A stretch of DNA of 64,000 nucleotides from an uncultured delta proteobacterium. GTDB lineage: Bacteria; Desulfobacterota; Syntrophorhabdia; Syntrophorhabdales; WCHB1-27. Location of the stretch: assembly GCA_963816715.1 (NCBI GenBank), contig CAWFMJ010000023.1:332213-396212 (forward strand), written 5' to 3'. The notes beneath the pieces are model-generated. The model searched no databases, was not told where the DNA came from, and saw only the letters and a list, made by a program, of their open reading frames with translations. The position numbers and the translations under genes were made by a program. Shown here one piece after another: positions 18,266 through 28,034 of the stretch (positions are counted from its first letter, which is position 1; every line of letters starts with the position of its first letter).

Positions 18266-19963
18266 TCATCCCGCTCGCTCATAGCTGCCGGCAACAGGTC
18301 TCACTGAAACGACGGTCTTCAGGTAATCCCTCTTCCGTTCCTCGATCTCCGACGGTTTTGCCTGGAAAAGCCCAATCTTCACCGGGATGGCCCACAACTC
18401 CGGCTGGCGCATGTCGGGAATGCTCGACTGGAAGAGGAACTTCAGGCCGAAGTAGGCCTCATTGATGTCGTATGCGAGATAGCCGTGTTTCCTCAGTATT
18501 GCGGAGAACTCGGTGAGCACCGCCCGGTTGTCCCTTTTGAAGGACTGACGGAGAAGCCGATAGTCCAGGACCTTCTTCTCGAAGGAGAGGACCTTCAGGA
18601 TGTCGCGGACGTAATCAGGCGTGCAGTAGACAATGCCGTCGAACGACATGACTTTCCAGACGGCCCTCCGGTTCTTGACGACGAGTTCGTTGATGTGCGG
18701 CAGGGTAATTTCGGCGAATCTCGGTAAATCCAGCCATTCGGTCATGGGCTTTATGATGAAACCAGGATCGACCGAGGTGATCTCGTGTTCTCTCGCCCTG
18801 GCGTCGGCGTCCATGACGATCTTCGCGACGGTCTCATCTTTGGAAAGAGTGTGGTGGCGGCTGACTGCGGCAACAACCGTCTCAGTGAAGACTTTGTTTC
18901 CATGGGACGCGAGCATCTCTTCCAGCTTGACCTCTCCAACGTATTCGTGGGTATGTTTCCGGCCGGGGGAAGAACCCCACAGAGATTCGATCTTCCCTAT
19001 GTCGTGAGCGAGAGCTGCCGTGATGATGGCGGGGAGAAGGAAGTCGTGCTTCTGTCGCAGCTCTTCCCGGGCAATGTCGAGGGCGGCCTTCAGAACGTTG
19101 TACGTGTGGTCGTAGAGGGAGACGCCTCGGAGAATCTGGTGGAAATGCTCATGCCCCTTCAGGTTCCTGTACTCGCAATCCGACATTTTGCCGGGCCAGC
19201 CGACCACCGAGGGGGCGTCGCCGCCTTCATAGAGCATCCTAAGCAGCTCATCGAGGACCTCCATCGAGGCGACCTCAGCGAGGAGGGACCGGCGCGGCGT
19301 GATGAGGGCCTCGAAGTCTTCTATTCTCCTCTCGGAGTCCAGCGAGGGAGGCTCAGCGAGGACGCCGGGGAGGAGCGGCTGAACAATGGAGTGGCCAGCC
19401 CCGTGTGTTTCAGCGAGGGAAAGATTCAGCGAGTAAGTGCCTTCAGCGAGGAGGCTTTCCGTCACCGAGGAACGGCATTCCGAAGAGGACGCATCTGAAT
19501 TCTTCCTCCGCCGAAGTCGTATCCTCTCCTTGATCTTCCGCGCGAGCCTCTTCAGAAAGGGGAGCATCGTCTCCGGCATATGGAAGTTGTTCTTCGCCAT
19601 GTTCGCAACCACGCCCGGCGTCAACGTCATATCGCGCTCGAACGCCTTCGTCATCCAGTTCTCGATCTTCGACGCATTGGCGCGGGCAAACCCCTTCGTC
19701 ACATAGACGGCCGACGCCTTGACGCAGATGTCCTTGAGGAACTTCTCATTGCTCCTTTCCGCCGTCATCCATGCGACGAAGAGGGTCCTTTTCAGCTTCA
19801 TATCTCCCTCGGAGTTCATCCACTCGGTAAACATCGCAACCTTCCGGCGAGGGTCCACTCCTTCCATCCAGCGAGGGAGAAGCACCATACTCTCCTCGAG
19901 AGGCAGACCTATGAGGCTGCCCAGTATCCTCTCTACCATGCCCGTTCCTCTGCCCTTAGTCAT
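18266..19963 (-). CDS. HD-domain protein with large unassigned N- and C-terminal regions
   Basis: ORF 18266..20125. The preferred start is the ATG at 19961-19963 (MTKGRGTGMVERILG), which has AAGGAG upstream. HD superfamily residues are LYDHTYN, ALAHDIGK, SRHH and MDADARA. Confidence 0.7.
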   Translation of the reverse strand: MTKGRGTGMVERILGSLIGLPLEESMVLLPRWMEGVDPRRKVAMFTEWMNSEGDMKLKRTLFVAWMTAERSNEKFLKDICVKASAVYVTKGFARANASKIENWMTKAFERDMTLTPGVVANMAKNNFHMPETMLPFLKRLARKIKERIRLRRRKNSDASSSECRSSVTESLLAEGTYSLNLSLAETHGAGHSIVQPLLPGVLAEPPSLDSERRIEDFEALITPRRSLLAEVASMEVLDELLRMLYEGGDAPSVVGWPGKMSDCEYRNLKGHEHFHQILRGVSLYDHTYNVLKAALDIAREELRQKHDFLLPAIITAALAHDIGKIESLWGSSPGRKHTHEYVGEVKLEEMLASHGNKVFTETVVAAVSRHHTLSKDETVAKIVMDADARAREHEITSVDPGFIIKPMTEWLDLPRFAEITLPHINELVVKNRRAVWKVMSFDGIVYCTPDYVRDILKVLSFEKKVLDYRLLRQSFKRDNRAVLTEFSAILRKHGYLAYDINEAYFGLKFLFQSSIPDMRQPELWAIPVKIGLFQAKPSEIEERKRDYLKTVVSVRPVAGSYERAG

Positions 19964-20150
19964 CTCTCTTCTCCTTTCCGTCGAAGTGATATGAATTAAT
20001 GAATTCATATTGTGTGCGTAACTTTTGCGTATCTCGGATTCCGACAGCAGAAAACCCGTGCTCACGCCCGGGCCGATTTCGCTGCTCGGCAAACCGCCTA
20101 ATGAAGATATTCCGGACGTACCCATGACGTTCTCTGGGTTTGTCCCACTC

Positions 20151-20867
20151 TTATATTACTTTCTTGGCTGAAGCGGAGAGGCGTGCGTTAATCTTCTCGA
20201 TCTGCCCGGCGGAAAGAACCGTTCTTTTGGAAAGGATCTGCTCCAAGTCCTTCACGGCTATGGCCCTGACCCATCGGAGCCCCTCGACGTTGAGGACGGC
20301 CCGCGGGTTCGTGAAGACGATGGCGCCGTTGAGCCAGAGGCCATCTGTGCGCCCGAGCAGCTCCTTAAGCCTTCTGATGTTCCGGTATAGCTGGCCGGAA
20401 GGATCTCCGAGTCGGCCCCGGTAAAGGGTGCCCATTCGACCCGCCTTGATTTGCGCCCAAATACCGTTCCGGTAGAGAACGAACCCGTGATGGTGTTTTA
20501 CCTCGAAGACGAAAAGGCCGGAAGGACCGACGAGGATGCAGTCGATGTCAGAGACCTTGCCCTTGCCGTTCAAGGGGAGGTTGTAATAGGCGGTGTAATC
20601 GTCGCCCAACCCCCACGCGAGAAGATGGGCCCGGAGGATCTGCTCGCCTCGGATTCCGCACCGGTAGGCAACATAGGTGGGACCGGCTGATGCCGCGACG
20701 AAAAGGGTGACCGTGGTGGCGGCCATACCAGATACGACAATCAAGACGATGCCTGTGGCAATACCGGCGGCCAGAAGGGTTATGACGACTATGGCCCAGG
20801 CAAGGCAGGCCAGGAGGCTCTTTTTCGCTTTTTTCTCAAGATAATCAGAAAAGAACACCTCTTTCAC
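20151..20867 (-). CDS. membrane-anchored NERD (nuclease-related) domain protein
   Basis: 238 aa. Two N-terminal hydrophobic helices are followed by the NERD core YYNLPLNGKGKVSDIDCILVGPSGLFVFEVKHHHG...GDPSGQLYRNIRRLKELL. Confidence 0.8.
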   Translation of the reverse strand: MKEVFFSDYLEKKAKKSLLACLAWAIVVITLLAAGIATGIVLIVVSGMAATTVTLFVAASAGPTYVAYRCGIRGEQILRAHLLAWGLGDDYTAYYNLPLNGKGKVSDIDCILVGPSGLFVFEVKHHHGFVLYRNGIWAQIKAGRMGTLYRGRLGDPSGQLYRNIRRLKELLGRTDGLWLNGAIVFTNPRAVLNVEGLRWVRAIAVKDLEQILSKRTVLSAGQIEKINARLSASAKKVI

Positions 20868-21229
20868 GGGTTTCTCCCGGTCATACGCTACGTGGAGGTG
20901 TCACAAAGGTCAATAAAAGCCGGAAAAACCCATTAAAGTCATCTCGAAGCTTGACTTTAGCGGCTTAACCGGCACCTTCCGGCTTTGCCGCCGCTTCCGA
21001 CGGTCGCCGGCGCCCCACACGGAACAAACCGGGGAACGGAGCGCATGACGATCGAGGTGAGCCGAGGTGTATCGTTACGGAACCGACGGCTCATATGTCG
21101 GACCGAAGGCGGCGATCCAAGATTAAGAAAAACGGGAACCGGAGGAACGTGTTTTTCGAGCTGTCAGGTGAGGGCGGCGACGCTCATTTTGTACAAAGAT
21201 AAAGCCAGAAAAAAACATTAATATAATCG

Positions 21230-21251
21230 CCAACGTACACCTTACGTACAC
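21230..21251 (+). repeat. tandem 11-bp repeat (CCAACGTACAC CTTACGTACAC), divergent arm-type-like site
   Basis: Two units with 11-bp periodicity sharing an ACGT core with the sites at 21386 and 33510. They lie 50 nt left of the tRNA-like core at 21302. Confidence 0.4.
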
Positions 21252-21301
21252 CCTTTTGAAAAATGCAAATGGCGTATTTACTGGGGAAAATGGGGCAAAT
21301 A

Positions 21302-21325
21302 TGGCGGAGGGAGAGGGATTCGAAC
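21302..21325 (-). repeat. tRNA 3-prime-end fragment (att core, left copy)
   Basis: The reverse complement GTTCGAATCCCTCTCCCTCCGCCA is a T-loop, T-stem 3-prime strand, 7-nt acceptor strand, discriminator G and CCA (tRNA-Ser-like). No tRNA body follows. Confidence 0.6.
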
Positions 21326-21385
21326 AGTCTCCCCACTTTTTAAGGTATTGAAAAGTATAGGATAGTTTGTCTTCATTTTCCCGTT

Positions 21386-21407
21386 ACCTACGTCTCGCCT
21401 ACGTCTT
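21386..21407 (+). repeat. tandem 11-bp arm-type site (ACCTACGTCTC GCCTACGTCTT)
   Basis: Two units one helical turn apart, 60 nt inside the left att core on the integrase side. The GCCTACGT core is the same as at 33510-33531. Confidence 0.5.
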
Positions 21408-21453
21408 TGCCGGCTTGTTTACTCATCTGCAGGTTTCTTCCCGTTGACAAGAG

Positions 21454-21846
21454 ATGAATACGTGTTACAGTTTCTTCAAAAAGGGTGGAAGTGAGAGTAT
21501 GAAACGTACATCCAAAAAAACTTCTAGAGCCGGAAGACCCCTAGCTGATGCGGCTACGGGAATGAAACTACTTCAGGAGCAGATCGACACGGGGCGCGAT
21601 TTGCCAACCAGCCCGATAGACGAAAGTGCCCTTAAATTGTGGGACGGTCAGACTAGGCGTCGCCTCGAATCAGCATTTGGTCTTAACTCGTCGGAGGTCA
21701 GACAGTATATGGATATTGGAAAGGGTTTTTTCCTACCTGAGCCGGATCCTTGCGCTTGGGAAAAACACCTGCTTGAAAACCTACAGGAAAAGTTGAGACT
21801 ATTGGAACGTCTTGTGTATCTCTTCAGACTTCAGGCTGGTTCATAG
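21454..21846 (+). CDS. hypothetical protein
   Basis: 130-aa ORF between the att core and the integrase. No recognisable motif, and the start is uncertain (an internal MKRTSKK is possible). Confidence 0.35.
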   Translation: MNTCYSFFKKGGSESMKRTSKKTSRAGRPLADAATGMKLLQEQIDTGRDLPTSPIDESALKLWDGQTRRRLESAFGLNSSEVRQYMDIGKGFFLPEPDPCAWEKHLLENLQEKLRLLERLVYLFRLQAGS

Positions 21847-21859
21847 CGACACAATAGCC

Positions 21860-23092
21860 CTAACCAGACAATTCTTTTTTCAAATCGATCACGTTGCTCT
21901 TGCTGCGCCTGTTCAAAGCCTGGCGGGTGTTCTCGTCCCCAGGGTGTTGGTACTTCAGGGTGGTCCTTGGGTCCGCGTGGCGCATTACGCCCTGCACTCT
22001 CTTGAGCGGTTCACCGGCGTCCATCAACTGGGTGGCCAGAGAATGACGCGTTGCCTCGTACAGCTCGACGGGGGAGCCGGTTTTCTTCCAGACCTTGTTG
22101 AGCACCTTGTATTTGTACCCGCGCTTGTACGGCGCATTCCAGAAGACGAACGGGGTGGGGTTGGCGATGTTCTTCTTCACGAGCTCCCACGCCCGGTCGG
22201 AGAAGACTATCCAGTACTCTTTTTTCTGCTTCGGCCGTTCGGTGAGTTCGGCCTCAGAATAATTGTGGCGGATAAGGGCCTTTCGCTCCGACATTTTGAC
22301 GTCGACCTTCATCAACGCGCAGCCTTCGGCCGGCCGCAATCCTGTCTCCATGAGGAATTCAATAACATCCCGGTGGACCTCGGGGATCTTCTGCAGCGTC
22401 GCCTGCTGCTCTTCGTACGTCAGCGTCCAGCATTCGCGCTCAATGATCGGGTCCATCTCGGGCCATTTGGGAATGCGCTTTATCTCCTCGAGATCGAGCA
22501 TCCAGCGAAAGAAATTTCTCAGGGCGTCCATGATGTTCTTCTTCTGCTTTGGCTTGCCCTGGAGGTTGTCATAGAAATCCTGGAGGTCCCCGGCCTTTAT
22601 CTTCGTCGTGTCCAGAGGGAACAGGACGGGGAAGTGGACCTTCACGTAGGTCGCGTAGTTGCCGTAAGTCGACGGAGCTATCCTGTGATTCTTCCTGTCC
22701 TTGTCCTTCTTTTCGAGCCATGCCTTGATGCGGTTCTCGAACAGGCGGCTCTCGATCCCTTTCTTGGTCCATTTCTCCCGGTTGTAAGTACCCTCGGCCT
22801 TCTCCTGGCTGATCGTTCTGAGGGCTTCGACGGCACCTTCATAGGAATAGGGTTCAGGGAAGCCGTAAAAAACATCATCGCCGAGACGGACGGCCATGTG
22901 AGGATGATGGCAGTGGGGACACGACGTGGTTTTTTTCTTGCCTGACGTAAGAGGTAGAACGACTTTTCTACCGCAGCTCGCGCAGATCGGATAGCCTTTC
23001 ATGATACCCAGCGCTCCTAGAATGTTTAGGGCTACGCTGGTATCGTAGTATACGTTTGCCTTTGTCGTCAAGCCTACGTCCTCAAAGACCAA
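21860..23092 (-). CDS. tyrosine-type site-specific integrase
   Basis: 410 aa. It has an N-terminal Cys4 ribbon (CASCGRKV...CPHCHHPH) and the catalytic set TGLRPAEG, ATRHSLATQL and MRHADPRTTLKYQH. Confidence 0.9.
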   Translation of the reverse strand: MVFEDVGLTTKANVYYDTSVALNILGALGIMKGYPICASCGRKVVLPLTSGKKKTTSCPHCHHPHMAVRLGDDVFYGFPEPYSYEGAVEALRTISQEKAEGTYNREKWTKKGIESRLFENRIKAWLEKKDKDRKNHRIAPSTYGNYATYVKVHFPVLFPLDTTKIKAGDLQDFYDNLQGKPKQKKNIMDALRNFFRWMLDLEEIKRIPKWPEMDPIIERECWTLTYEEQQATLQKIPEVHRDVIEFLMETGLRPAEGCALMKVDVKMSERKALIRHNYSEAELTERPKQKKEYWIVFSDRAWELVKKNIANPTPFVFWNAPYKRGYKYKVLNKVWKKTGSPVELYEATRHSLATQLMDAGEPLKRVQGVMRHADPRTTLKYQHPGDENTRQALNRRSKSNVIDLKKELSG

Positions 23093-23289
23093 TCCTCTTT
23101 ATGTTCTCCGTTGAGAAAGCCCCCCCATCTTCTGTTCCCCCTTGCTCGTCAAACTCCTTTGAGGATCACGTACCACGGTGGATCATCCTCGATCCCAAAA
23201 GCCTCATCTCCTTTGTCGGCGTGTTCCCGTTCCAATTCCCGTTCTTCCTTGCCGTCTGTCGGGATTTCATCGTGTATATCCTATCAGCT

Positions 23290-23745
23290 TCAGAAGAAGT
23301 CGCACGTCGGGATCACCCTGCCTAAGATGCTCGCGACGATCCTGCAAGATCGTTTGTCCAACTCCTCTCCGTTGTGGTCGGTGAACTCCATGGAAAGCAG
23401 GTGGTTCTTGTCCTGCCTTACGATGCTCAGTTCCGCAGTGCCCACCTGATACGTTGCGTTGACGTCGAGAAGATTGCCGGTGAACGCATTTAAGGTCTCC
23501 ATGAACCGGATCACGTCCACCAGGTCGGAAAGCACCACATATCCCCAGTGGGACAGACACCGGAACCGGTTGCGGAGCTGCACGACCCGCACATCGATCG
23601 TGCGCGCGGACTCGATTGTTTCCACCCGGTGACAGATGGTGACGCTCAGCCTGCCTTCCAGGGGAATGGTCCGTTCTATTTCCTCGATGGTCCGTTTTGA
23701 CCGGGGGTTCCGGTAGAGCAGGTCGTCAAGGGTCGACATGTTCAC
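23290..23745 (-). CDS. hypothetical protein
   Basis: 151 aa. It overlaps the upstream ORF by 20 nt, so it is operonic. No recognised motif. Confidence 0.45.
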   Translation of the reverse strand: MNMSTLDDLLYRNPRSKRTIEEIERTIPLEGRLSVTICHRVETIESARTIDVRVVQLRNRFRCLSHWGYVVLSDLVDVIRFMETLNAFTGNLLDVNATYQVGTAELSIVRQDKNHLLSMEFTDHNGEELDKRSCRIVASILGRVIPTCDFF

Positions 23746-24214
23746 CCTTAAGCTCCGCCCAGATGTTGCGGATGTGGATGTAGCTGATCTCGAAGTGCTT
23801 ATACCGCTTGAGGAAGCCTGATATCTCCCGGAAGCTCAGATGTTCCTGTGTTCGGAGTTGTTCCACAAGCCCCCACATGTCCATGAGCCGCTTCCGCTTC
23901 GGGCTTGATTTCCTGGTCCTCTGGGCGCGTATCCGCGCGGCCTGGATCTTTGTGATCTTGGCGACGGCCTTGAGGTCATGGTCGGGTGATTTGCGGGAAA
24001 GTCCTTTCTCTGCCTGCCGCATGCCCTTCAGGGCGGTACACAATGCGGCGTAGTACCTCTCCGCCTGATTCAGGTGTTCCTCTTTGATCTGATGGTAGCT
24101 TGCGACCATCAATCCCATCGCCTCGATGCGTATGGGGTGTGGTTGCTTTGCCAGCCACTTGAGGAGCCTTTGCCGTGATACCTCATCCGTTTTCGTCAGC
24201 GTAGACACCGTCAT
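23726..24214 (-). CDS. hypothetical protein, possible C-terminal HTH
   Basis: 162 aa with a basic central stretch and a C-terminal LSFREISGFLKRYKHFEISYIHIRNIW reminiscent of resolvase-type HTHs. It starts 3 nt after the recombinase-like ORF. Confidence 0.45.
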   Translation of the reverse strand: MTVSTLTKTDEVSRQRLLKWLAKQPHPIRIEAMGLMVASYHQIKEEHLNQAERYYAALCTALKGMRQAEKGLSRKSPDHDLKAVAKITKIQAARIRAQRTRKSSPKRKRLMDMWGLVEQLRTQEHLSFREISGFLKRYKHFEISYIHIRNIWAELKGEHVDP

Positions 24215-24217
24215 CGC

Positions 24218-25036
24218 TTAGCTTCCGAATAGATAGTGATCGGTAATGGAACCCCGCTCGTGCTTCATCTCCCAGCTTACCTCCTGCCGCGCCTCTTCGT
24301 GGGTCAACTTGTGGGCCTGGAGTTCTTCTACCCGCTCCTGGGCGAAGTTCCACCTGAACCCGTGGGTGCCTTCGGGCTCCTCCCCTGCGGCTCTGGCCGC
24401 CTGCTCCACGTCGCGCTGATATTCCCGTTCGTCCAGAGAGAACTTGCCGTGCTCCTCGATGTAGCCTTTCAGGCTGGCATAGGTCTCTGGAGACATCATC
24501 ACCGTTCCGCCCTTGCCGCCTTTTTCCTCGGTGTAGATGACGCCGACGGTCTTGCCGGTGAACCGATCCGTGCTTAACCCTTTGAGCTGGTGCGGTTTGA
24601 TGAGCGAGACCCCTTCGAGCCTGGCCCCGCCTTCTGTTTGAATCCTGGCGCCGATCCGGTGTTCCTCTTCCCGGAGATTGCTGATAACCCCGTGGGGATC
24701 GTTGTAGGCCCGGTCGTGCTACCCGTCCCGGCGTTGTCCAAGTTCCTTTGCCTGATGAAGAACGTCAAGTCGGGCGGAGAAATCGCGCTCTTCCGTCTTC
24801 CCGTAGGAGTTGAGGGCCCTTTCGAGCGCCCCCACGCCGCTGCATATCTTCTTGTCGGTCCGCCACTGTATGAACCCTTTTGTCGTAATCCGCATACTGG
24901 CCGCGCAGCGCCGACAGTTCTGTGTCTTCCTCAAAGAAACACCCCTCCGTCTCTTGACATTATTGAACCCTTCAAACCGTAATATTTGCCGGAAACATGT
25001 TGTTGCGGTTTCAACGGATGGGGAGTAAGATGTCAA
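24218..25036 (-). pseudogene. small tyrosine recombinase-like gene interrupted by an in-frame TAG
   Basis: ORFs 24719..25036 and 24218..24502 are in the same frame, and the stretch between them is open except for the TAG at 24719-24721. The joined product carries GARLEGVSL (box I Arg), EEKGGKGG, THGFRWNFA (HxxR) and KHERGSITDHYL (H..Y). Confidence 0.55.
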
Positions 25037-25070
25037 AAAAATACGACACCGTTTTGCATAAGGAGATCAA

Positions 25071-26172
25071 ATGCCGACGGTCTTCAGTCATATCGTTCAA
25101 AAGCGCCTCTCGCAGGAAAGCGAGAACATAGCCACCGAAGCCCTTGCTTTCATCCTGCGATCAAGCGAAGCGGCGCAGGGCGGCATGATGAAGCTGCTGC
25201 GCGGAATCATCCCGGACCTGCCCAACCTCTGGTTTCGCGCGCAGCAAATGGAAGGGAATTCTCGGCCCGACATGTGGGGACTGGACGAGACAGGATCGGC
25301 CCATGTTTTCGTCGAAAATAAGTTTTGGGCCGGACTCACCGACAACCAACCCGTCTCGTATCTAAAGGCGTTGGGCGAGCGCCCTGACTCAAGCCTCCTT
25401 CTAGTGATCGTGCCGGCTGCGCGTGAGAAAGCGGTATGGCGGGAGCTCACCAGGCGACTGGCGGAGTCGGGGATGTCAGCCGACATGCGCCCTACAACGC
25501 CAGCGTCCAAGTTTGTCGTCAAAACCGAGGCCGGGCCGATCATGGCACTCACCACTTGGGTTACGCTCCTTGCGTTTTTGGACGCGGAAACGGCCGAAGA
25601 CTTTCCCGCGAAAAATGACATTGCTCAGATGAAGGCGCTGTGCGAGCAGGCCGACTGCGATGCGTTCCTCCCATTTTCACGAGAACAGATGTCAAACCAA
25701 CAGACTCCCTCGCTCCTGCTCCAGCTCACGGGTCTGGTCCAGGAAGTCTCGGATCGTAGCGTTTCATGAAGACGTTCTTTTCAAAGGTCGGTATACGCCC
25801 CAGGCAAGCGCGGAACGCATCGGCCGTTATGCCGGCATCCCTTCCCGAGAGCTGTGTGGGGTATGGTTTGGCGTTCACTTAAAGCTCTGGAAAGAGCACG
25901 GGCAATTCCCCTTCTGGATGGTTTTCTCTACATCGGATTGGGGGCGGGCACATGAAGTCCGCGCCCTCCTGGAGCCATGGGCAGCGCAAAGGGGGGTGTT
26001 TGTCGCCGCTCAGCCGGAAGGCAGCTTCGCGGTCGCCGTCGATATCCCAGCGGGGGAGGAGAAAGCATCGGTCGTACGGAGGATCGTCGATCAATTTGCG
26101 GAAGTCGGCAGAGCTCTCAAGCCCTTGCCTCCCCGTAAATCGAAGGCCGAGCCGGACCTCAAGGAGGAATAG
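25071..26172 (+). pseudogene. PD-(D/E)XK-like nuclease family protein, apparently frameshifted
   Basis: ORF 25071..25769 carries RPDMWGLDETGSAHVFVENKFWAGL (D...ExK). A protein-like continuation (VAFHEDVLFKGRYTPQASAERIGRYAG...) runs in the +1 frame to 26172. The junction is near 25750-25765. Confidence 0.5.
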
Positions 26173-26187
26173 ATCAAAGGAATTGAC

Positions 26188-26520
26188 ATGCGCTTCTCGC
26201 GGGCGATCAAAGATTTTATCCAAGCCGAGGCATGGACGTTCGCGAAGACGATGCCGGAATGGCCGCACGAGTATTTGGTTAAGGGCCAGGTCGATCCCGA
26301 CTTGTTCGAGGCAGCGGTCCGGCATATCCGGCAACACGGGTTCAAGGGCCGGTTCTACGAGCAGGTGATCACGTATTTTGCCGAGGACGGGATGCTCTAC
26401 TGGACCATGGGGGTGCCTCTGGAAAAAACGATTATCATCAATCGCTGCAAAGAGGAAGATTCGTACGAGAACCGTCGGAGGAATGGAACGCTCCCCCAGC
26501 GCAAGCGTCGACAAGATTAA
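26188..26520 (+). CDS. conserved small hypothetical protein
   Basis: 110 aa. The motif string WTFAKTMPEWPHEY...YFAEDGMLYWTMG...IINR is one I recognise as a recurrent uncharacterised family, recalled from memory only. Confidence 0.55.
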   Translation: MRFSRAIKDFIQAEAWTFAKTMPEWPHEYLVKGQVDPDLFEAAVRHIRQHGFKGRFYEQVITYFAEDGMLYWTMGVPLEKTIIINRCKEEDSYENRRRNGTLPQRKRRQD

Positions 26521-26609
26521 GACCCAAAACAAGGCTGGACGAAACAATTCGATGGGTACATAGCGCGAAAGAGAAAAAGCATGACGCGTCCCGTAATTGT
26601 TGAAGTAAC

Positions 26610-27518
26610 TTGCGGACAGAAATGAAGTGCATGTTTACCGGACAAGACACCGACTCATATGAGCACGTAATGCCTAGATGGCTTCAAAGGCGTTTCCACC
26701 TTGAGGAGCAAACAGTTATCATTCCAAACGGTTCTGCTCTGCCGTACAAGTATGTCAAGGTCCCAGTTGCTTCCGAACCTAACGGTAGATTTGGGCAGAT
26801 CGAGAACAGAATCGCCCAAGGAATTCTCGACCCTTCTGAGCTTTATCTTTGGGCGTTGAAGTTGCACATCGGCTTCATCTATAGAGATAGCACGCTTAAG
26901 TACGATAGAAGAAAATCGGAAGGACCCTTCGTTCTCAGTGTAAACGCGTTTGCACAGGAAATCTGGTTATTTCAGCAACTCTACGAGAACTGGGCCAACG
27001 GCGGAGGCACCATTCCATCGCCGTTTGGTAGTGTATTCGTGGTCGACTCTCTTAATCCAACACCGAGGTTTGATTTTCTGCATTGCCTGATTACGGGAAC
27101 CGTCCTGATTGACATAGGTGGCAAGCTGATTCTTGTATTTCTATGGGACCAGGGTGATGGGGCAAAGACGAATATTCTTGAACAGTGGACAAGCTTTCAC
27201 GAGCCGAGAGTGAAAGCCAAGGCTGGTGACCCTAGCGAAAGAGCCAACTGTTACCTTGCTCCACACGTGTGGGCTTGCGAAGCCGCATATTTTCTTTATC
27301 GCAATCGCCGACCCTACACTATGGTCAAGACCACAAACCAGATAACTTTGGTTCCACCGTTAGTTCGTACACCAGGAAAAGAACCAAACGAACAGGAGTA
27401 TCGACAGATATGCAGGAACTTCGCTCTTGATCTCGTGCAGTACAACGGCGAGACCAGAAATGTATACTCTAATTTCGATTCGGGAACACTAACAACCAAC
27501 AATGCTGGCGGACTGTAA
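26610..27518 (+). CDS. hypothetical protein with N-terminal C-x11-EHVxPxWL motif (weakly HNH/Abi-like)
   Basis: 302 aa; the likely start is MKCMFTG at 26622. The segment is visibly more AT-rich than its surroundings. Confidence 0.5.
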   Translation: MRTEMKCMFTGQDTDSYEHVMPRWLQRRFHLEEQTVIIPNGSALPYKYVKVPVASEPNGRFGQIENRIAQGILDPSELYLWALKLHIGFIYRDSTLKYDRRKSEGPFVLSVNAFAQEIWLFQQLYENWANGGGTIPSPFGSVFVVDSLNPTPRFDFLHCLITGTVLIDIGGKLILVFLWDQGDGAKTNILEQWTSFHEPRVKAKAGDPSERANCYLAPHVWACEAAYFLYRNRRPYTMVKTTNQITLVPPLVRTPGKEPNEQEYRQICRNFALDLVQYNGETRNVYSNFDSGTLTTNNAGGL

Positions 27519-27999
27519 TTCCTCTTGCAGCTCACAAAGAGCCAGCAGGGGGGGTGAGCGACATCCATTGAATTATCAAATTGACACGAGGAGCCAGGTA
27601 GAAGAGCGCGAAGAGGAAGGCCGTCCTGCCATCACGGGTACCCGATCAACGAAACAGCCTGCTCCAGGTGAGCTCTGTTGCCTTCACATGGCATTCCGTG
27701 ATTTCCCATTCTCGCCCCTATCAACGAGTTGACATCGTCATTGGTGCCGTGAGCGTCGGGACAAGGAACGCCACGACGAATACTGACATGGGGAAACCAT
27801 GGCCTCCGGAGGCGTAATCTTCATTCGCTTACCCACGGCCGGCGGCGAGGGCCACCTCCTGGAAGGCTATATTTGGCCCATCCCGCCATGGGTAGAAGTT
27901 TCCAACTGGCATTCGATAACATCCAAGCGTCATTGTTTTGTCTAGTGATGCGGGTCCCTCCTTGGGGCAGTGCAAGGGGTTTTGGGTCCCCGTCACACG

Positions 28000-28034
28000 A
28001 AAACGCGACAAAATGACATATTTTGTCGCGTTTT
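28000..28034. terminator. perfect 15-bp hairpin, bidirectional terminator-like
   Basis: AAAACGCGACAAAAT (28000-28014), a 5-nt loop, then ATTTTGTCGCGTTTT (28020-28034). A/T runs flank both sides. Confidence 0.5.

Noticed and set aside
21812-22945. 377-aa plus-strand ORF
   Set aside because: It is antisense to the tyrosine integrase, which has all catalytic motifs.
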